Shown here one piece after another: positions 19,622 through 30,006 of a stretch of 64,000 nt of DNA; position 1 is the stretch's first letter, and each line of letters opens with the position of its first letter. Under the pieces are notes generated by a model. That model did no database searches. It saw nothing but the letters and a program-made list of their open reading frames with translations, and was not told where the DNA came from. Source of the stretch: an uncultured Verrucomicrobiota bacterium (GTDB taxonomy: Bacteria; Verrucomicrobiota; Verrucomicrobiia; Limisphaerales; UBA9464); the NCBI GenBank assembly GCA_903939515.1, contig CAJAHH010000010.1, positions 204,604 to 268,603 of the forward strand. Reading direction: 5' to 3'. The translations under genes were made by a program, and so were the position numbers.

Positions 19622-20263
19622 GTGACCCAAGTTTCCGAACAACTTGTCGGTAGAGAACTCACGGGCGTGATCTTGGCCGGAGGACGATCCCTCCGAATGG
19701 GCCGAGACAAGGCTTGGCTTGAATCCGATGCTCAGCCACTGCTCCTCCGTCAAATCGGGGTTCTGGAGCAGGCAGGCCTCCGGAACATCGCCGTGGCGGC
19801 AGGCTCAGAAAACCGCCCTCCCCTGCCTCCCATACCCGCGGGCATTCCACTCCTGAGAGACCGATTTGCCGATTTTGGACCCTTGGCTGGAGTGGAGGCT
19901 GGACTCGGATGGGCCCATGCGCAATTTCCCAACGGATGGACTCTCTTAGTCGCCGTAGATTTACCAGAACTGTCGGTGGAGTGGCTGCAACAATTGATAA
20001 TGCGGATCGCTCCCAATCAGGGATGCGTTCCCATTTATCAGGGTAGACTGGAACCGTTGGCCGCTATTTATCCGAACCAGGCCTGGGCCATCGCCCAGGA
20101 GCACTTGGAGACGCAAAAGGCCTCGGTGCAGGCATTCTGCCGCCGAGGCCTTGAAACTGGATGGATGAGTCCGTGGGAGCTCAGCGATCAAGATCACCGC
20201 GCACTCACCAACTGGAACACCCCGTCGGATTGGCCGGGAGGCCAGGCCCAAACGGGGCCGTGA
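19622..20263 (+). CDS. mobA: molybdenum cofactor guanylyltransferase (MobA-like)
   Basis: GVILAGGRSLRMGRDKAWL, GPLAGV and the VAVDLP motifs of MobA. GTG start. Confidence 0.8.
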   Translation: MTQVSEQLVGRELTGVILAGGRSLRMGRDKAWLESDAQPLLLRQIGVLEQAGLRNIAVAAGSENRPPLPPIPAGIPLLRDRFADFGPLAGVEAGLGWAHAQFPNGWTLLVAVDLPELSVEWLQQLIMRIAPNQGCVPIYQGRLEPLAAIYPNQAWAIAQEHLETQKASVQAFCRRGLETGWMSPWELSDQDHRALTNWNTPSDWPGGQAQTGP

Positions 20264-20274
20264 CCCACGCGCGC

Positions 20275-21516
20275 TTAGCTCAGGAGATTCTTGGCGCCAT
20301 TGACCGTGGAATTGACGCGAAGGCGTAGGCCGTTCAATCGAATGAAACCCGTCGCATCGTCCTGATTGTAAGCCTTGGTCGGGTCGGCCTCCATCGTGGC
20401 AATATGCGGGTTGTACATACTGAACTGGCTCTTACGGCCGGCGACATACATTCCGCCCTTGTAGAGCTTCACGCGGACCGTCCCGGTGACATTCTTCTGA
20501 CTCTCCTCGACATAGGCCTGCAGGGCCAGGCGCTCCGGGGCATACCAAAAGCCGTTGTACACTAATTCGGCGTACTTCGGCACCAACGCATCGCGCTGAT
20601 GCATGACCTCGCGGTCCATGGTGAGGCTTTCCATCTGGCGATGGGCATAGTGCAAAATACTGCCACCCGGGGTCTCGTAGACGCCGCGGCTCTTCATGCC
20701 CACGAAGCGGTTTTCCACCATATCCACACGACCGACGCCGTGCTTGCCACCGATCTTGTTGAGGGTCCGCATGACCTGAAGCGGGTTGAGCTTCTTGCCG
20801 TTGACCGCCACGCAATCTCCCTTCACGTAGTCGAGGGTAACGAACTCCGGCTTGTCGGGTGCGTCTTCCGGCATCACCGACAGCGTGGTGAAATAGTCCC
20901 GATTTTTAAGATCAAAAGAGTCGTACCACGGGTCTTCCAGAATGCCGGCCTCGTAAGAAATGTGCAGGAGGTTCCGGTCCATGGAGTACGGCTTCTTGGC
21001 GCTGGCCTGAATCGGAATCCCCTTGGCGGCACAGTAATCGATCATTTCCTGGCGACCCGGGAAATCCTTGCGGTAGCGAGCATCCCGCCACGGGGCAATG
21101 ATTTCTAGATCTGGAGCCAGTGCCGCCGCCGTCAGCTCAAAGCGGACTTGGTCATTGCCCTTACCCGTCGCTCCGTGGGCGATGGCGTCGGCCTTCTCGG
21201 CGCGAGCGATCTCCACCATGCGCTTGGCGATGAGCGGTCGGGCAATGCTCGTTCCCAGGAAGTATTGTCCTTCGTAAATCGCGCCAGCCCGAAGCATCGG
21301 GTAAATGAAGTCTTGAGCGAACTCCTCCTGAAGATCGTCGATGTAAATCTTTGAGGCCCCCGTTTTCTTGGCCTTCTTTTCCAGGCCCTTCAGTTCGTCC
21401 TCCTGGCCAATGTTGGCGCAGAAGGCGATCATTTCAGCATTGCCGTAGGTTTCCTTGATCCAGGAAAGCAGCACCGAGGTGTCGAGGCCGCCGGAGTAAG
21501 CGAGTACGATTTTCAT
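20275..21516 (-). CDS. argG: argininosuccinate synthase
   Basis: [17 protein letters not shown]-binding motif, [15 protein letters not shown], and about 413 aa. Confidence 0.96.
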   Translation of the reverse strand: MKIVLAYSGGLDTSVLLSWIKETYGNAEMIAFCANIGQEDELKGLEKKAKKTGASKIYIDDLQEEFAQDFIYPMLRAGAIYEGQYFLGTSIARPLIAKRMVEIARAEKADAIAHGATGKGNDQVRFELTAAALAPDLEIIAPWRDARYRKDFPGRQEMIDYCAAKGIPIQASAKKPYSMDRNLLHISYEAGILEDPWYDSFDLKNRDYFTTLSVMPEDAPDKPEFVTLDYVKGDCVAVNGKKLNPLQVMRTLNKIGGKHGVGRVDMVENRFVGMKSRGVYETPGGSILHYAHRQMESLTMDREVMHQRDALVPKYAELVYNGFWYAPERLALQAYVEESQKNVTGTVRVKLYKGGMYVAGRKSQFSMYNPHIATMEADPTKAYNQDDATGFIRLNGLRLRVNSTVNGAKNLLS

Positions 21517-21738
21517 TGTCAGAAGAGACGGGCGAGTGAACGCCAGCCTCCCCGGCGTGGGAAGATCAAAACGGACGCAGAGTCCAATCGAGCCCTCGTC
21601 GATGCGTTACTTTTGGCCAAGAAAGCTCTCTGAGTCGTTGAAGGGCCCGGAGCACGCTCGCGAAGCTCAACGGGCCTGTCCTGGCCGTCGCAGGCTGGCT
21701 CGACAGGACCGGAGCTGGGGCGCTGAGGACGAGGGAAT

Positions 21739-21984
21739 TCAGCCCCCACCACCGCCGCCCAAGTCTCGGTCGAACATAGGAATGATGAAGCGGTAAACCA
21801 CGTAGCAAACCCCGATCATCACCACGACTTGGTACAGGTTGAGCTTACGTTCGGCCAGTCGGTCCGGAATATTGTTGAACCAGCGCTTAGAGCGATGCAC
21901 CCACCCGGATCGTCGACGGCGGGGTGACGCCGCATTGACGAAGGGCGGCGGAACACGAGGGCTGGGGGGAACTTCCTGATCCAT
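21739..21984 (-). CDS. small membrane protein, unknown function
   Basis: A basic region RRRRSGWVHRSKRW, then one TM helix LYQVVVMIGVCYVVYRFIIPMF, then a GGGGGG tail. The ATG at 21982-21984 was verified; upstream alternatives reach 22041. Confidence 0.45.
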   Translation of the reverse strand: MDQEVPPSPRVPPPFVNAASPRRRRSGWVHRSKRWFNNIPDRLAERKLNLYQVVVMIGVCYVVYRFIIPMFDRDLGGGGGG

Positions 21985-22083
21985 GGCAACGGTCCAAGCG
22001 ACAAGCATTTGCCGAGGAGGTGCAAGTCTCGATTTTAGCAAATTAGGTTACTCTGTCGTTACAGAAGTCGGCGACCTTTTACA

Positions 22084-22108
22084 GCCAATTTGCGTTACAA
22101 AATATAAT
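22084..22108 (+). promoter_or_regulatory. candidate sigma70-type promoter inside the AT-rich island
   Basis: A perfect TATAAT at 22103-22108 is preceded by TTTACA with a 19-nt spacer (long). It is oriented toward the 22293 ORF and serS. PVC promoter rules are poorly known. Confidence 0.25.
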
Positions 22109-22292
22109 CCATCGTCCTCCACTTTTTAATATCGTCGATCTCAAAGAAATCGAGGTATTCATTGATGTGAGAGTTTTCGCAGCCGAACCACAAAATCCCA
22201 AAAAATATCTACTTAGATAATTAAAAACGTGACAAATACCTCAAATTATTGAGTTATCACCAAATCATTGGCTTAGATTTTGTTACCCATAG

Positions 22293-22622
22293 ATGTCCTC
22301 ATCTCCACCGAAAACATTCGCGCAGCGGTTTAGCGAGGCACGGGATTGCAGTCCTGAGGAGGCGCTTGAGGCGCTCGCCAAGGAACTCCAAACCCCTTCC
22401 CAACGTTTTTGGTCCACCGTTCTCTTTCCGTGGTGCGGTCCGTTGCGTGAGCATTACCAAGATGTGGTCAAAGATATTTCCCGCGGCCACGACCTCAGTG
22501 AAATTAAGAGCAGCTTGATTTACTGGCGCCAACGCACCCCCAACGCCGGATTTCTGGGAGAACAATTTCGAGTGCACTCTTCCCAGGCGCTGAGGCTCTT
22601 CGAGCGTTTAAGCAAAAGCTGA
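22293..22622 (+). CDS. hypothetical protein (109 aa)
   Basis: ATG-initiated ORF directly after the AT-rich island. No motif was recognised. Its G+C is visibly lower than that of flanking genes. Confidence 0.45.
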   Translation: MSSSPPKTFAQRFSEARDCSPEEALEALAKELQTPSQRFWSTVLFPWCGPLREHYQDVVKDISRGHDLSEIKSSLIYWRQRTPNAGFLGEQFRVHSSQALRLFERLSKS

Positions 22623-22770
22623 CGCCGTTCCTGCGCTTCTCCATTGAGAGGCCCGTTAAGAAACAACTCCTTCCGGGATCGCATCGCCAATACCCCCTTG
22701 TTTTTGGCCAGGTCGAATAGCCTGAGAAATTCCGTTCTCCTTCCCGCCTCAGCTTCCGTATCCTTTCACC

Positions 22771-24081
22771 ATGCTCGACATGAAGTTGTTGCGCGATCGG
22801 ACCGAGTTCGTCCGGGAGCGATTGGCCACGCGGAACGCCGGTGACGAAGCCAGGGTCTCCGAAGTCTTGGCTCTCGATGAATCCCGACGGGCCGCGCTCG
22901 CCGAGGCCGAGCAACTCAAAGCACGGCGCAACAGCACCTCGAAAGAAATCGGCGGGCTCATTGGCCAGAAGCGCCTCGATGAAGCCGAGTCCAAGAAAGC
23001 GGAAGTGCGCACCCTCGGCGACCGGATCGCTGAACTCGACAAGACTGCCGCACAAGCCGAGGAGTCACGGGATTCACTACTGCTCATGATTCCCAACCTG
23101 CCCCACGCGAGCGTCGCCTTGGGTAAGGATGCGGCCGACAATCCGGAGATTCGCGTGCATGGCCTGAAGGCCTCCTTCGAGTTCACGCCCTGCAACCACG
23201 TCGAGCTTTGCGAACGCCTCAAGCTCATCGACTTTGCCCGAGGAGCCAAACTGAGCGGATCAGGTTTTCTTCTGTACACAGGTTGGGGAGCTCGGTTGGA
23301 ACGGGCGCTGATCAACTTCCTGCTCGACCTCCATCAGCGGGAACATGGCTACACCGAAGTGGCCCCTCCTTACATCGTCGGAGAGCACTGCATGATTGGC
23401 GTGGGGCAGTTTCCGAAATTCCGGGATCAGGCCTATGCCGTGCAGGAGGGACTCGACACCTCGACGATGGGCAAATTGTACTTATTGCCGACGGCGGAGG
23501 CTCCAGTGGCCAACATCCATCGAGAGGAAATTCTCGCTGAGAAGCAGCTGCCAGTGCGCTACTGCGCCTACTCGCCCTGCTTCCGGGCCGAGGCCGGCGC
23601 CGCTGGGTTGGGCACCCGGGGCATGATCCGGGTCCACCAGTTCGACAAGGTGGAGCTCATCAAGGTGGTACATCCGGACCAGGGCTATGAGGAACTAGAA
23701 AAGATGGTTCACAACGCCGAGACAGTCTTGCAACGCCTCGGGCTGCATTACCGGGTCATTAACCTCTGCACCGGCGACATGGGCTTCGCCGCCGCTAAGA
23801 CCTATGACATCGAAGTCTGGGCTCCGGGACAGGGCACCTACTTGGAGGTGTCGAGTTGCTCCAACTGCGAAGATTACCAATCCCGCCGGATGAACTTGCG
23901 ATTCAAGCGGGAGTCCGACGGGCTGAATCTCTTCCCACACCTGCTCAATGGATCGGGCACCGCTCTGGCCCGCCTCTTCGTGGCACTGGTGGAAACCCAT
24001 CAGCAGGCCGACGGCAGCATTCGGGTGCCAGAACCGCTGCGCCCCTATCTCGGAGCGGACGTCATTCCGCTGGCTTCCTGA
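22771..24081 (+). CDS. serS: seryl-tRNA synthetase
   Basis: N-terminal coiled-coil arm (MLDMKLLRD...). Class II motifs are present: FRAEAGAAGLGTRGMIRVHQFDKVE, and GSGTALARL near the C-terminus. Confidence 0.96.
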   Translation: MLDMKLLRDRTEFVRERLATRNAGDEARVSEVLALDESRRAALAEAEQLKARRNSTSKEIGGLIGQKRLDEAESKKAEVRTLGDRIAELDKTAAQAEESRDSLLLMIPNLPHASVALGKDAADNPEIRVHGLKASFEFTPCNHVELCERLKLIDFARGAKLSGSGFLLYTGWGARLERALINFLLDLHQREHGYTEVAPPYIVGEHCMIGVGQFPKFRDQAYAVQEGLDTSTMGKLYLLPTAEAPVANIHREEILAEKQLPVRYCAYSPCFRAEAGAAGLGTRGMIRVHQFDKVELIKVVHPDQGYEELEKMVHNAETVLQRLGLHYRVINLCTGDMGFAAAKTYDIEVWAPGQGTYLEVSSCSNCEDYQSRRMNLRFKRESDGLNLFPHLLNGSGTALARLFVALVETHQQADGSIRVPEPLRPYLGADVIPLAS

Positions 24082-24209
24082 GAAAGCCAGCTCTCAGGTC
24101 TGGCTTCTTCTCAAGATTCGTTCCCTTGAAAGGGTCAACCCTGCACTTGGCAGTGATGGCCAATTGAATACCTTACGGCTTCCGGGGCTTCGGCTCCGGC
24201 TATCGAGTC

Positions 24210-26954
24210 TTGAATACCTCTGGTTCCAACCATGGTTCGGCCACCCCGGTCAACGGGCGCACCGAAAGTACCGCCTCTGGTCGTTCCCTGACCGCATCCG
24301 ACCGGCATCGCGCCACGGTGGAGGATCTGCTGCGACTGGTTCTGGAGGGCAAGTCCCCCCAGGAGGCACGCAAGCTGATCGCCGGCGTGATGCAAGGGCT
24401 GCGCAATGAGGGCTACCCGGTTCCGGACGTCACCACGACGCCCTACCTCAATACGATCCCTCCCGAGGAGGAACCCGAATATCCGGGCGACCTCGAGATG
24501 GAGCGCCTGATCCGGGCTCACGTCCGCTGGAACGCCATGGCGATGGTCGCCAAGGCCAACAAGACGACCAATGTCGGTGGTCACATCGCGACCTTCGCCT
24601 CGTTGGCGACACTGTATGAAGTGGGCTACAACCACTTCTTCCGGGGCGGTGCCGACGGCAAGACCGCCGACATGATTTATTTCCAGGGGCATGCCTCACC
24701 GGGAAATTATTCCCGCGCTTATCTGGAGTACCGACTCAACGACCAGCACCTAAAAAACTTCCGTCAGGAATTGCAGGACCATCCGGGTCTGAGCTCTTAC
24801 CCGCATCCGTTCCTGATGCCCGATTTCTGGATCTTCCCCACGGTCTCCATGGGACTGGGTCCCATCCATTCCATTTATCAGGCCCGCTTCAGCCGCTACT
24901 TGCAGGCGCGCAAACTCGTTGCACAAGACCACGATCCCATGGTCTGGGCCTTCATCGGAGACGGTGAGTCGGATGAACCGGAAACGCACGGAGCCATCAG
25001 CATGGCCGGCCGCGAGCACCTCGACAACCTCGTCTGGGTGATCAATTGCAATCTCCAGCGCCTCGACGGCCCTGTCCGCGGCAACGGCAAGATCATTCAA
25101 GATCTCGAAGGCCAGTTCCGCGGTGCGGGCTGGAACGTCATCAAGGTGGTTTGGGGTAGCGACTGGGACGAGTTGTTGGCCCGCGATACGACGGGTCTTC
25201 TGGCTCAGCGCATGGACGAGGTCGTCGACGGCGAGTACCAGCAATACGTCGTCGAGAGCGGTGCCTATATCCGGAAGAATTTCTTCGGGAAATACCCGGT
25301 CCTGCTCGACTTGGTCAGCCACCTCAGCGACGCGCAGCTCAAGAAGCTCACCCGCGGAGGCCACGACCCTCTCAAGGTGTATGCGGCTTACCGCAAGGCC
25401 ACCCAGCGCAACGGCCGACCCACGGTGATCTTGGCTAAGACGGTCAAGGGCTACGGCACAGGCGAAGCCGGCGAAGGAAAGAACCCCACCCACGGCCTCA
25501 AGAAACTGGCCGAGCGCGACATTCGCCATTTCCGCGAACGTTTTTCGATTCCGCTGGAGGACGAGGTCATCGCCGAACTGCCCTTCTACCGCCCGCCGCA
25601 AGACAGTGCCGAGGTTCAATACCTGCTGGATCGCCGCAAGGCCCTGCACGGATTCAACCCCATTCGGATCGATCGAGCTCAGAAGCTAGTCACCCCGCTG
25701 CACACCGACGACGGTCTGCGCAACGTGGTCCAGGCGACGGCTCTGTCCTCGGCCTCCACGACCAAGGCTTACGTGCTGTTGCTGGGCTCGTTGCTCCGCG
25801 ACAAGAACATCGGCAAGTTCATCGTGCCCATCGTGCCCGATGAAGCGCGCACCTTCGGCATGGAGGGACTCTTCGGTCAGGTGGGCATCTACAGCTCCCG
25901 AGGCCAACTCTACAACCCCGGCACCAAAACCGAGGACAACGCCAACACGCCCTACATCGAAAAGAAGGACGGTCAGCTTCTGGAAGAAGGCATCAACGAA
26001 GCCGGCTCTATGGCCGACTTCATCGCCGCCGGCACGGCCAATGTCACCTACGGCGTGCCGACCATCCCCTTCTACATCTACTACTCGATGTTCGGTTTCC
26101 AGCGGGTGGGCGATCAAATCTGGCTGGCTGGCGATTCGCGCTGCCGCGGATTCATGATTGGCGCGACCTCGGGCCGAACGACCCTCAATGGCGAGGGGCT
26201 CCAGCACCAAGACGCACACAGTCACTTGGTCGCCACTTCGGTGCCCAACCTGTATTCCTATGAGCCCGCCTTCGGATACGAATTGGCGGTCATCGTCTGC
26301 GATGGCCTAAAGCGCATGTATGCCGATGGCGAAGATATCTTCTACTACATCTCCGTCCACAATGAGGACTACGCCCACCCGCCGATCCCGAACGAACCCG
26401 GTGTCGTGGAAGGTATTCTCAACGGCATGTACAAGTTCAAGCCGGGCAAGGCCGGCCTGAAGCACACGGTCCAGTTGATCGGTTCCGGAGCCATTCTACA
26501 ACAGGCACTCAAGGCTCAAGAGCTTCTGGAAGCCTATGGTGTCAGCGCTGACGTGTGGAGTGTGACCAGCTTCAAGCGGCTCCGCTCAGAGGCTCAGGCC
26601 ACCAAGCGCTGGAACATGCTTCATCCGACGGAAGCCCCCCGAAAGAGCTACCTCGAACAGACGGTCGAAGGCCAGTCGGGTCCCTGGATTGCCGTCAGCG
26701 ACAACCTCAAGCTGGTGGCCGACCAAATTGCCCCGTGGATTCCGGGAGGTTTAATGACCCTGGGTTGCGACGGGTTCGGACGCAGCGAGGTTCGACCGGT
26801 GCTGCGGCGTTTCTTCGAGATCGACGGTGAGTGCACCGCCATCGCGTGCCTCTACAAGTTGGCCTCACAGGGGGTGTTGCCGCAGAGCGTGGTGGCCGAG
26901 GCCATCCAGAAACTCGGCGTCGACCCCGAGAAGCGCTACGGCGTCTGCGTCTGA
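24210..26954 (+). CDS. aceE: pyruvate dehydrogenase E1 component, homodimeric type
   Basis: YLNTIPPEEEPEYPGDLEMERLIRAHVRWNAMAMV matches the AceE N-terminal region. The GDGESDEPE ThDP-binding region is present and the length is about 900 aa. The exact start is uncertain (the track start is a TTG). Confidence 0.92.
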   Translation: MNTSGSNHGSATPVNGRTESTASGRSLTASDRHRATVEDLLRLVLEGKSPQEARKLIAGVMQGLRNEGYPVPDVTTTPYLNTIPPEEEPEYPGDLEMERLIRAHVRWNAMAMVAKANKTTNVGGHIATFASLATLYEVGYNHFFRGGADGKTADMIYFQGHASPGNYSRAYLEYRLNDQHLKNFRQELQDHPGLSSYPHPFLMPDFWIFPTVSMGLGPIHSIYQARFSRYLQARKLVAQDHDPMVWAFIGDGESDEPETHGAISMAGREHLDNLVWVINCNLQRLDGPVRGNGKIIQDLEGQFRGAGWNVIKVVWGSDWDELLARDTTGLLAQRMDEVVDGEYQQYVVESGAYIRKNFFGKYPVLLDLVSHLSDAQLKKLTRGGHDPLKVYAAYRKATQRNGRPTVILAKTVKGYGTGEAGEGKNPTHGLKKLAERDIRHFRERFSIPLEDEVIAELPFYRPPQDSAEVQYLLDRRKALHGFNPIRIDRAQKLVTPLHTDDGLRNVVQATALSSASTTKAYVLLLGSLLRDKNIGKFIVPIVPDEARTFGMEGLFGQVGIYSSRGQLYNPGTKTEDNANTPYIEKKDGQLLEEGINEAGSMADFIAAGTANVTYGVPTIPFYIYYSMFGFQRVGDQIWLAGDSRCRGFMIGATSGRTTLNGEGLQHQDAHSHLVATSVPNLYSYEPAFGYELAVIVCDGLKRMYADGEDIFYYISVHNEDYAHPPIPNEPGVVEGILNGMYKFKPGKAGLKHTVQLIGSGAILQQALKAQELLEAYGVSADVWSVTSFKRLRSEAQATKRWNMLHPTEAPRKSYLEQTVEGQSGPWIAVSDNLKLVADQIAPWIPGGLMTLGCDGFGRSEVRPVLRRFFEIDGECTAIACLYKLASQGVLPQSVVAEAIQKLGVDPEKRYGVCV

Positions 26955-27051
26955 GGTTGGCTTTCTCTCGGCCCCCGCATCGATAACGGTGCGGTGGCCT
27001 TGGCAGATCTGTCCTGCCCCGCCTGTCCTGCCCCGCCGATTCCAGCCCAAC

Positions 27052-27082
27052 AAAAAACCCCGCCACTCGGCGGGGTTTTTTG
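27052..27082. terminator. bidirectional rho-independent terminator between convergent aceE and pal
   Basis: aaaaaa-ccccgcc-actc-ggcgggg-tttttt. The 7-bp GC stem spans 27058-27075, flanked by an A-run and a T-run. Confidence 0.85.
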
Positions 27083-27105
27083 TTGGAGAGCCAGGCAGTA
27101 TCCGC

Positions 27106-27753
27106 TTAGCGGAGAGCACCCGCCGACGGAGGCGTGAGCAGGATAAATTCGCCACGACGATTCTTGCCCCAGGCAGACTCGTCATGACCGAGCTCGGCCG
27201 GCTTGTCTTCACCGAAGCTGCGGGTCACCACGCGATCAGCACCGATGCCCAGGCCAATCAACGCATCGCGCGCCGACAGAGCACGCTTCTCGCCCAGAGA
27301 GCGGTTGTACTCTTCAGTGCCGCGCTCGTCGCAATGACCTTCGATGGCCACCTTGTTGTCAGAGTGGGCCTTGAGGTAGGTCGCCACGGCTTGGATGTTC
27401 GCCTTGCCGTCCGCCTTCACCGCGGACTTGTCGTAGTCGAAATAAACGGTGTTGGCCTTGAAGTGTTCACGGTTGGCGAGCATGCCTTCGATCTCCTCAC
27501 GAGAAGGTTGACCATTGGCCCCATCCGGGTTGTTGACTCCGGCCACATCAGCACCGTTGGCACCCGAGCCATCCGGAGTCAGCGGGCGCGCCGAAGGCAA
27601 AATGGGCTGTCCCTTGCCCAGGCCCGAAGAGGCTCCAGGAGTTCCCGAATATCCCGGCAGCGGCGTGTAATTCTTCTGTCCCTTCTTACATCCGGCAGCG
27701 AGGGAGAGGATCAGCACGAGGGCGAGGGAACCCAATTTGGAGAACGGCTTCAT
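27106..27753 (-). CDS. pal: peptidoglycan-associated lipoprotein (OmpA-domain)
   Basis: Lipobox LAAGC. OmpA-like domain VYFDYDKS...IEGHCDERGTEEYNRSLGEKRA. It is the last gene of the tol cluster. Confidence 0.9.
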   Translation of the reverse strand: MKPFSKLGSLALVLILSLAAGCKKGQKNYTPLPGYSGTPGASSGLGKGQPILPSARPLTPDGSGANGADVAGVNNPDGANGQPSREEIEGMLANREHFKANTVYFDYDKSAVKADGKANIQAVATYLKAHSDNKVAIEGHCDERGTEEYNRSLGEKRALSARDALIGLGIGADRVVTRSFGEDKPAELGHDESAWGKNRRGEFILLTPPSAGALR

Positions 27754-27813
27754 TGGTGTGTTGAAAAAAAAGGCTGGAATCTGGAAATTTGAAAGCGGGT
27801 TAGCGGGCTGGGC

Positions 27814-28971
27814 TCAACGACTCCAGCTAGGCTGGGAGCTGCTACCTGCTACTTGAGCGGTATCTTTGACGTGGCCCGTCGGCCAGTCAAGCAGCGACAG
27901 TTTGCGCGGACCAAACTTGCTGGTCCGACGCACAAAAACCAAGGTCCTAGAATTGGGTGCCCAAGAAGGATCCTCGCCTTCGGTAATCACCTTGGCGTCG
28001 CCACCGGCAGCCGGAACGATGCAAATATCGAAGTAATCGCCCCGGGAACGCGTGAATGCGATCCACTTACCGTCCGGGGACCAGTCCGGTTCGGTGGTAT
28101 TGCGAACTCCGGCGGTGGTGAGACGGCGCATGGCTCCGCCCGAGGCCGAAACAATATACAATTGGGGGAAACCACTTTCTCGGGATACCACGCACAAGTT
28201 AGATCCATCTGGAGACCAGCATGGAGAGGATTCATCGGCGGCCGTGGTGGTCAATCGACGGGGATTCCCGCCCTCGGCATCGCTCACCCACAAATCAGGA
28301 CTCCCCGCCTTGCTGAGGATCATCGCCAATTTAGAACCATCCGGCGACGGGGCGGGACTAATATTCGAGCCAGAGAACCGAACAAGAGCCTTGCGCCCAC
28401 CAGTGGTCAGATCTTGCGAGTAAATGTCGGCATTGCCGGCACGGTAACTGGTGTAGACCAGAGACTTCCGACCGGGGCGCCACGCCGGAGCCGCGACGAT
28501 ATTACCATCGGCGGTCAATTGAACCGGATTGGCTCCATCGAAGTCGCTCGCATAAACCTCGCTGATCCGTTCTTTCTGAACCTTAAAGACCATCTTGGTG
28601 CGAGAAATCCCCTTCCGACCGGTGATCGCTTGAACAACGTCGTCGGCCAGTGCATGCGCTTGAGCCCGCGGAGTACCCCCGGGATACGAACGATTGAACA
28701 GCGTGGCATTGTTGTTCACGTCGGCCAGCACTCCCTCGAGCGCCGCACCCGATTTCCCATTCACCGAGTACTGCGCCTGAGCCAGGGCCACGAGGTCGAA
28801 TCCGGCGACGTACAAGTCAAATTCAAGGACCGTCTTGGCGTCCCCAGCGAAACCTGCGACGTGGATGGGCACGGCACGGCTAGTGACGTCACTAACGACC
28901 ACTTCGGCCGCGGAGGCGCTCAGGGAAATCCCCAGAGAGAGGAGGAGGGCGATGAATGAATGACGGAACAT
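27814..28971 (-). CDS. tolB: TolB-like periplasmic beta-propeller protein
   Basis: Signal peptide followed by repeated PD40/WD40-like units (SPAPSPDGSKLA, SPCWSPDGSNL, EPDWSPDGKWIA). It lies directly upstream of pal. Confidence 0.88.
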   Translation of the reverse strand: MFRHSFIALLLSLGISLSASAAEVVVSDVTSRAVPIHVAGFAGDAKTVLEFDLYVAGFDLVALAQAQYSVNGKSGAALEGVLADVNNNATLFNRSYPGGTPRAQAHALADDVVQAITGRKGISRTKMVFKVQKERISEVYASDFDGANPVQLTADGNIVAAPAWRPGRKSLVYTSYRAGNADIYSQDLTTGGRKALVRFSGSNISPAPSPDGSKLAMILSKAGSPDLWVSDAEGGNPRRLTTTAADESSPCWSPDGSNLCVVSRESGFPQLYIVSASGGAMRRLTTAGVRNTTEPDWSPDGKWIAFTRSRGDYFDICIVPAAGGDAKVITEGEDPSWAPNSRTLVFVRRTSKFGPRKLSLLDWPTGHVKDTAQVAGSSSQPSWSR

Positions 28972-29013
28972 ATCGGAAATTAAACCAATGGGTTTGGGTC
29001 GGAGGTCAATTGT

Positions 29014-30006
29014 CTAAGCAGGAGAGGCAGCGGAAAGATCAAAGCGTATGGTGATTCGGCGCTCCGAATCGGTCGTGCCATCCGGCAGCGGACGAAGATC
29101 GCGGTTGGCATCGAGCACCTCGCGGACCGAATCGTCCAAGGCACGGATTCCAGAGGGTTTCACCAACTTGAAGGCCGAGACTCGACCGTTACGTTGAACG
29201 GTGATTTCCACCTCCACCTCGCCGTGCTCCACGGTGAGGGTCGTGGGCTTCTTCCAGCGCAGCTTGTAGAAGGCCATCAAGTAGGATCCGTAAGGCGCAT
29301 AAGCAGCCCCTCCCGGCCCGGGCATCTCGAACGAGGTCGACCCCGACAAATTCTTCCCCAGATTCGAAGCGACCCCCCGAACGGCATCGGCGCGGGCCTG
29401 CTGGGCCTTACTCCAGGCTTCTCGGGCCGCCGTCACGCGCGCCTGATGCTCCCGAGCTTCACGCGCATCCTGAGCAGCGGCGACAGCGGCGGCGTTATTG
29501 CGCTCAACCTCGGCCTCCTTCTTCGAGCGCTTTTTGGGAGCCTCGGCCAGCTGGAAGTCCGTCTTGGAGGACTTCAGTTTCTTGGTGGACAGGTTGGGAT
29601 CCACATCCTGGGCATTGGGAGCACTGCGCTGAATCTCGGTGGCCAGGCTCTTCTTGGGCGGCTCCATCTTGGTGGGCTCCTTGGTGGGCTCCACCGCCTT
29701 GGCAGGCTCCGGAGGCGGAGTCTGAGGCTGCGTCTTCGGAGGTTCGGGCTGGGGCGGTTCCGGCGGGGGTGAAGCCGTCGGCGCGGACGGTTGCGGACTG
29801 GACTTGGGGGGCTGCGCGTCTGGATTGCCACCTCCGATGGTGTTGCCATCGGTGAGGCGCAGGTTGTCGGGAATAATCTCCAGGATGGGACTCGGAACGT
29901 CTTGGACTGTGTGTGACGACAAGGCCGGGGCGAACAACAAAACCCCCACGGCCGCGGCATGAATGCCCACGGAGGTCAGCAAGTATCGTGTGTTCGAAGG
30001 GATCAT
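29014..30006 (-). CDS. TolA/TonB-like energy-transducing protein
   Basis: N-terminal TM anchor, a Pro-rich spacer (PPEPPQPEPPKTQPQTPPPEP), a Lys/Ala/Glu-rich helical segment, and a TonB-type C-terminal domain. Its ATG overlaps the tolR stop as ATGA at 30003-30006. Confidence 0.8.
   Translation of the reverse strand: MIPSNTRYLLTSVGIHAAAVGVLLFAPALSSHTVQDVPSPILEIIPDNLRLTDGNTIGGGNPDAQPPKSSPQPSAPTASPPPEPPQPEPPKTQPQTPPPEPAKAVEPTKEPTKMEPPKKSLATEIQRSAPNAQDVDPNLSTKKLKSSKTDFQLAEAPKKRSKKEAEVERNNAAAVAAAQDAREAREHQARVTAAREAWSKAQQARADAVRGVASNLGKNLSGSTSFEMPGPGGAAYAPYGSYLMAFYKLRWKKPTTLTVEHGEVEVEITVQRNGRVSAFKLVKPSGIRALDDSVREVLDANRDLRPLPDGTTDSERRITIRFDLSAASPA

Noticed and set aside
21517-21738. A 220-nt leader upstream of argG with hairpins (cctgtc...gacagg, gcccg...cgggc), considered as a possible riboswitch or attenuator
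   Set aside because: I cannot match it to any known riboswitch class by eye. No leader peptide with Arg codons is present. The hairpins may simply terminate the upstream small gene.
22095-22193. 32-codon minus-strand ORF in the AT-rich island (TTG start)
   Set aside because: The translation looks protein-like, but the ORF is too short, has a weak start codon, and has no Shine-Dalgarno evident. It is mentioned in a finding but not called as a gene.
22030-22295. Considered the AT-rich island as a replication origin
   Set aside because: There is only one weak DnaA-box-like sequence (ttatcacca, two mismatches). There is no cluster of boxes and no dnaA/dnaN/gidA nearby.
26827-28959. Long plus-strand ORFs 26827..27792 and 27853..28959
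   Set aside because: They are antisense to pal and tolB respectively. The sense-strand products have lipobox/OmpA and PD40 repeat motifs, and the antisense translations do not look like proteins.
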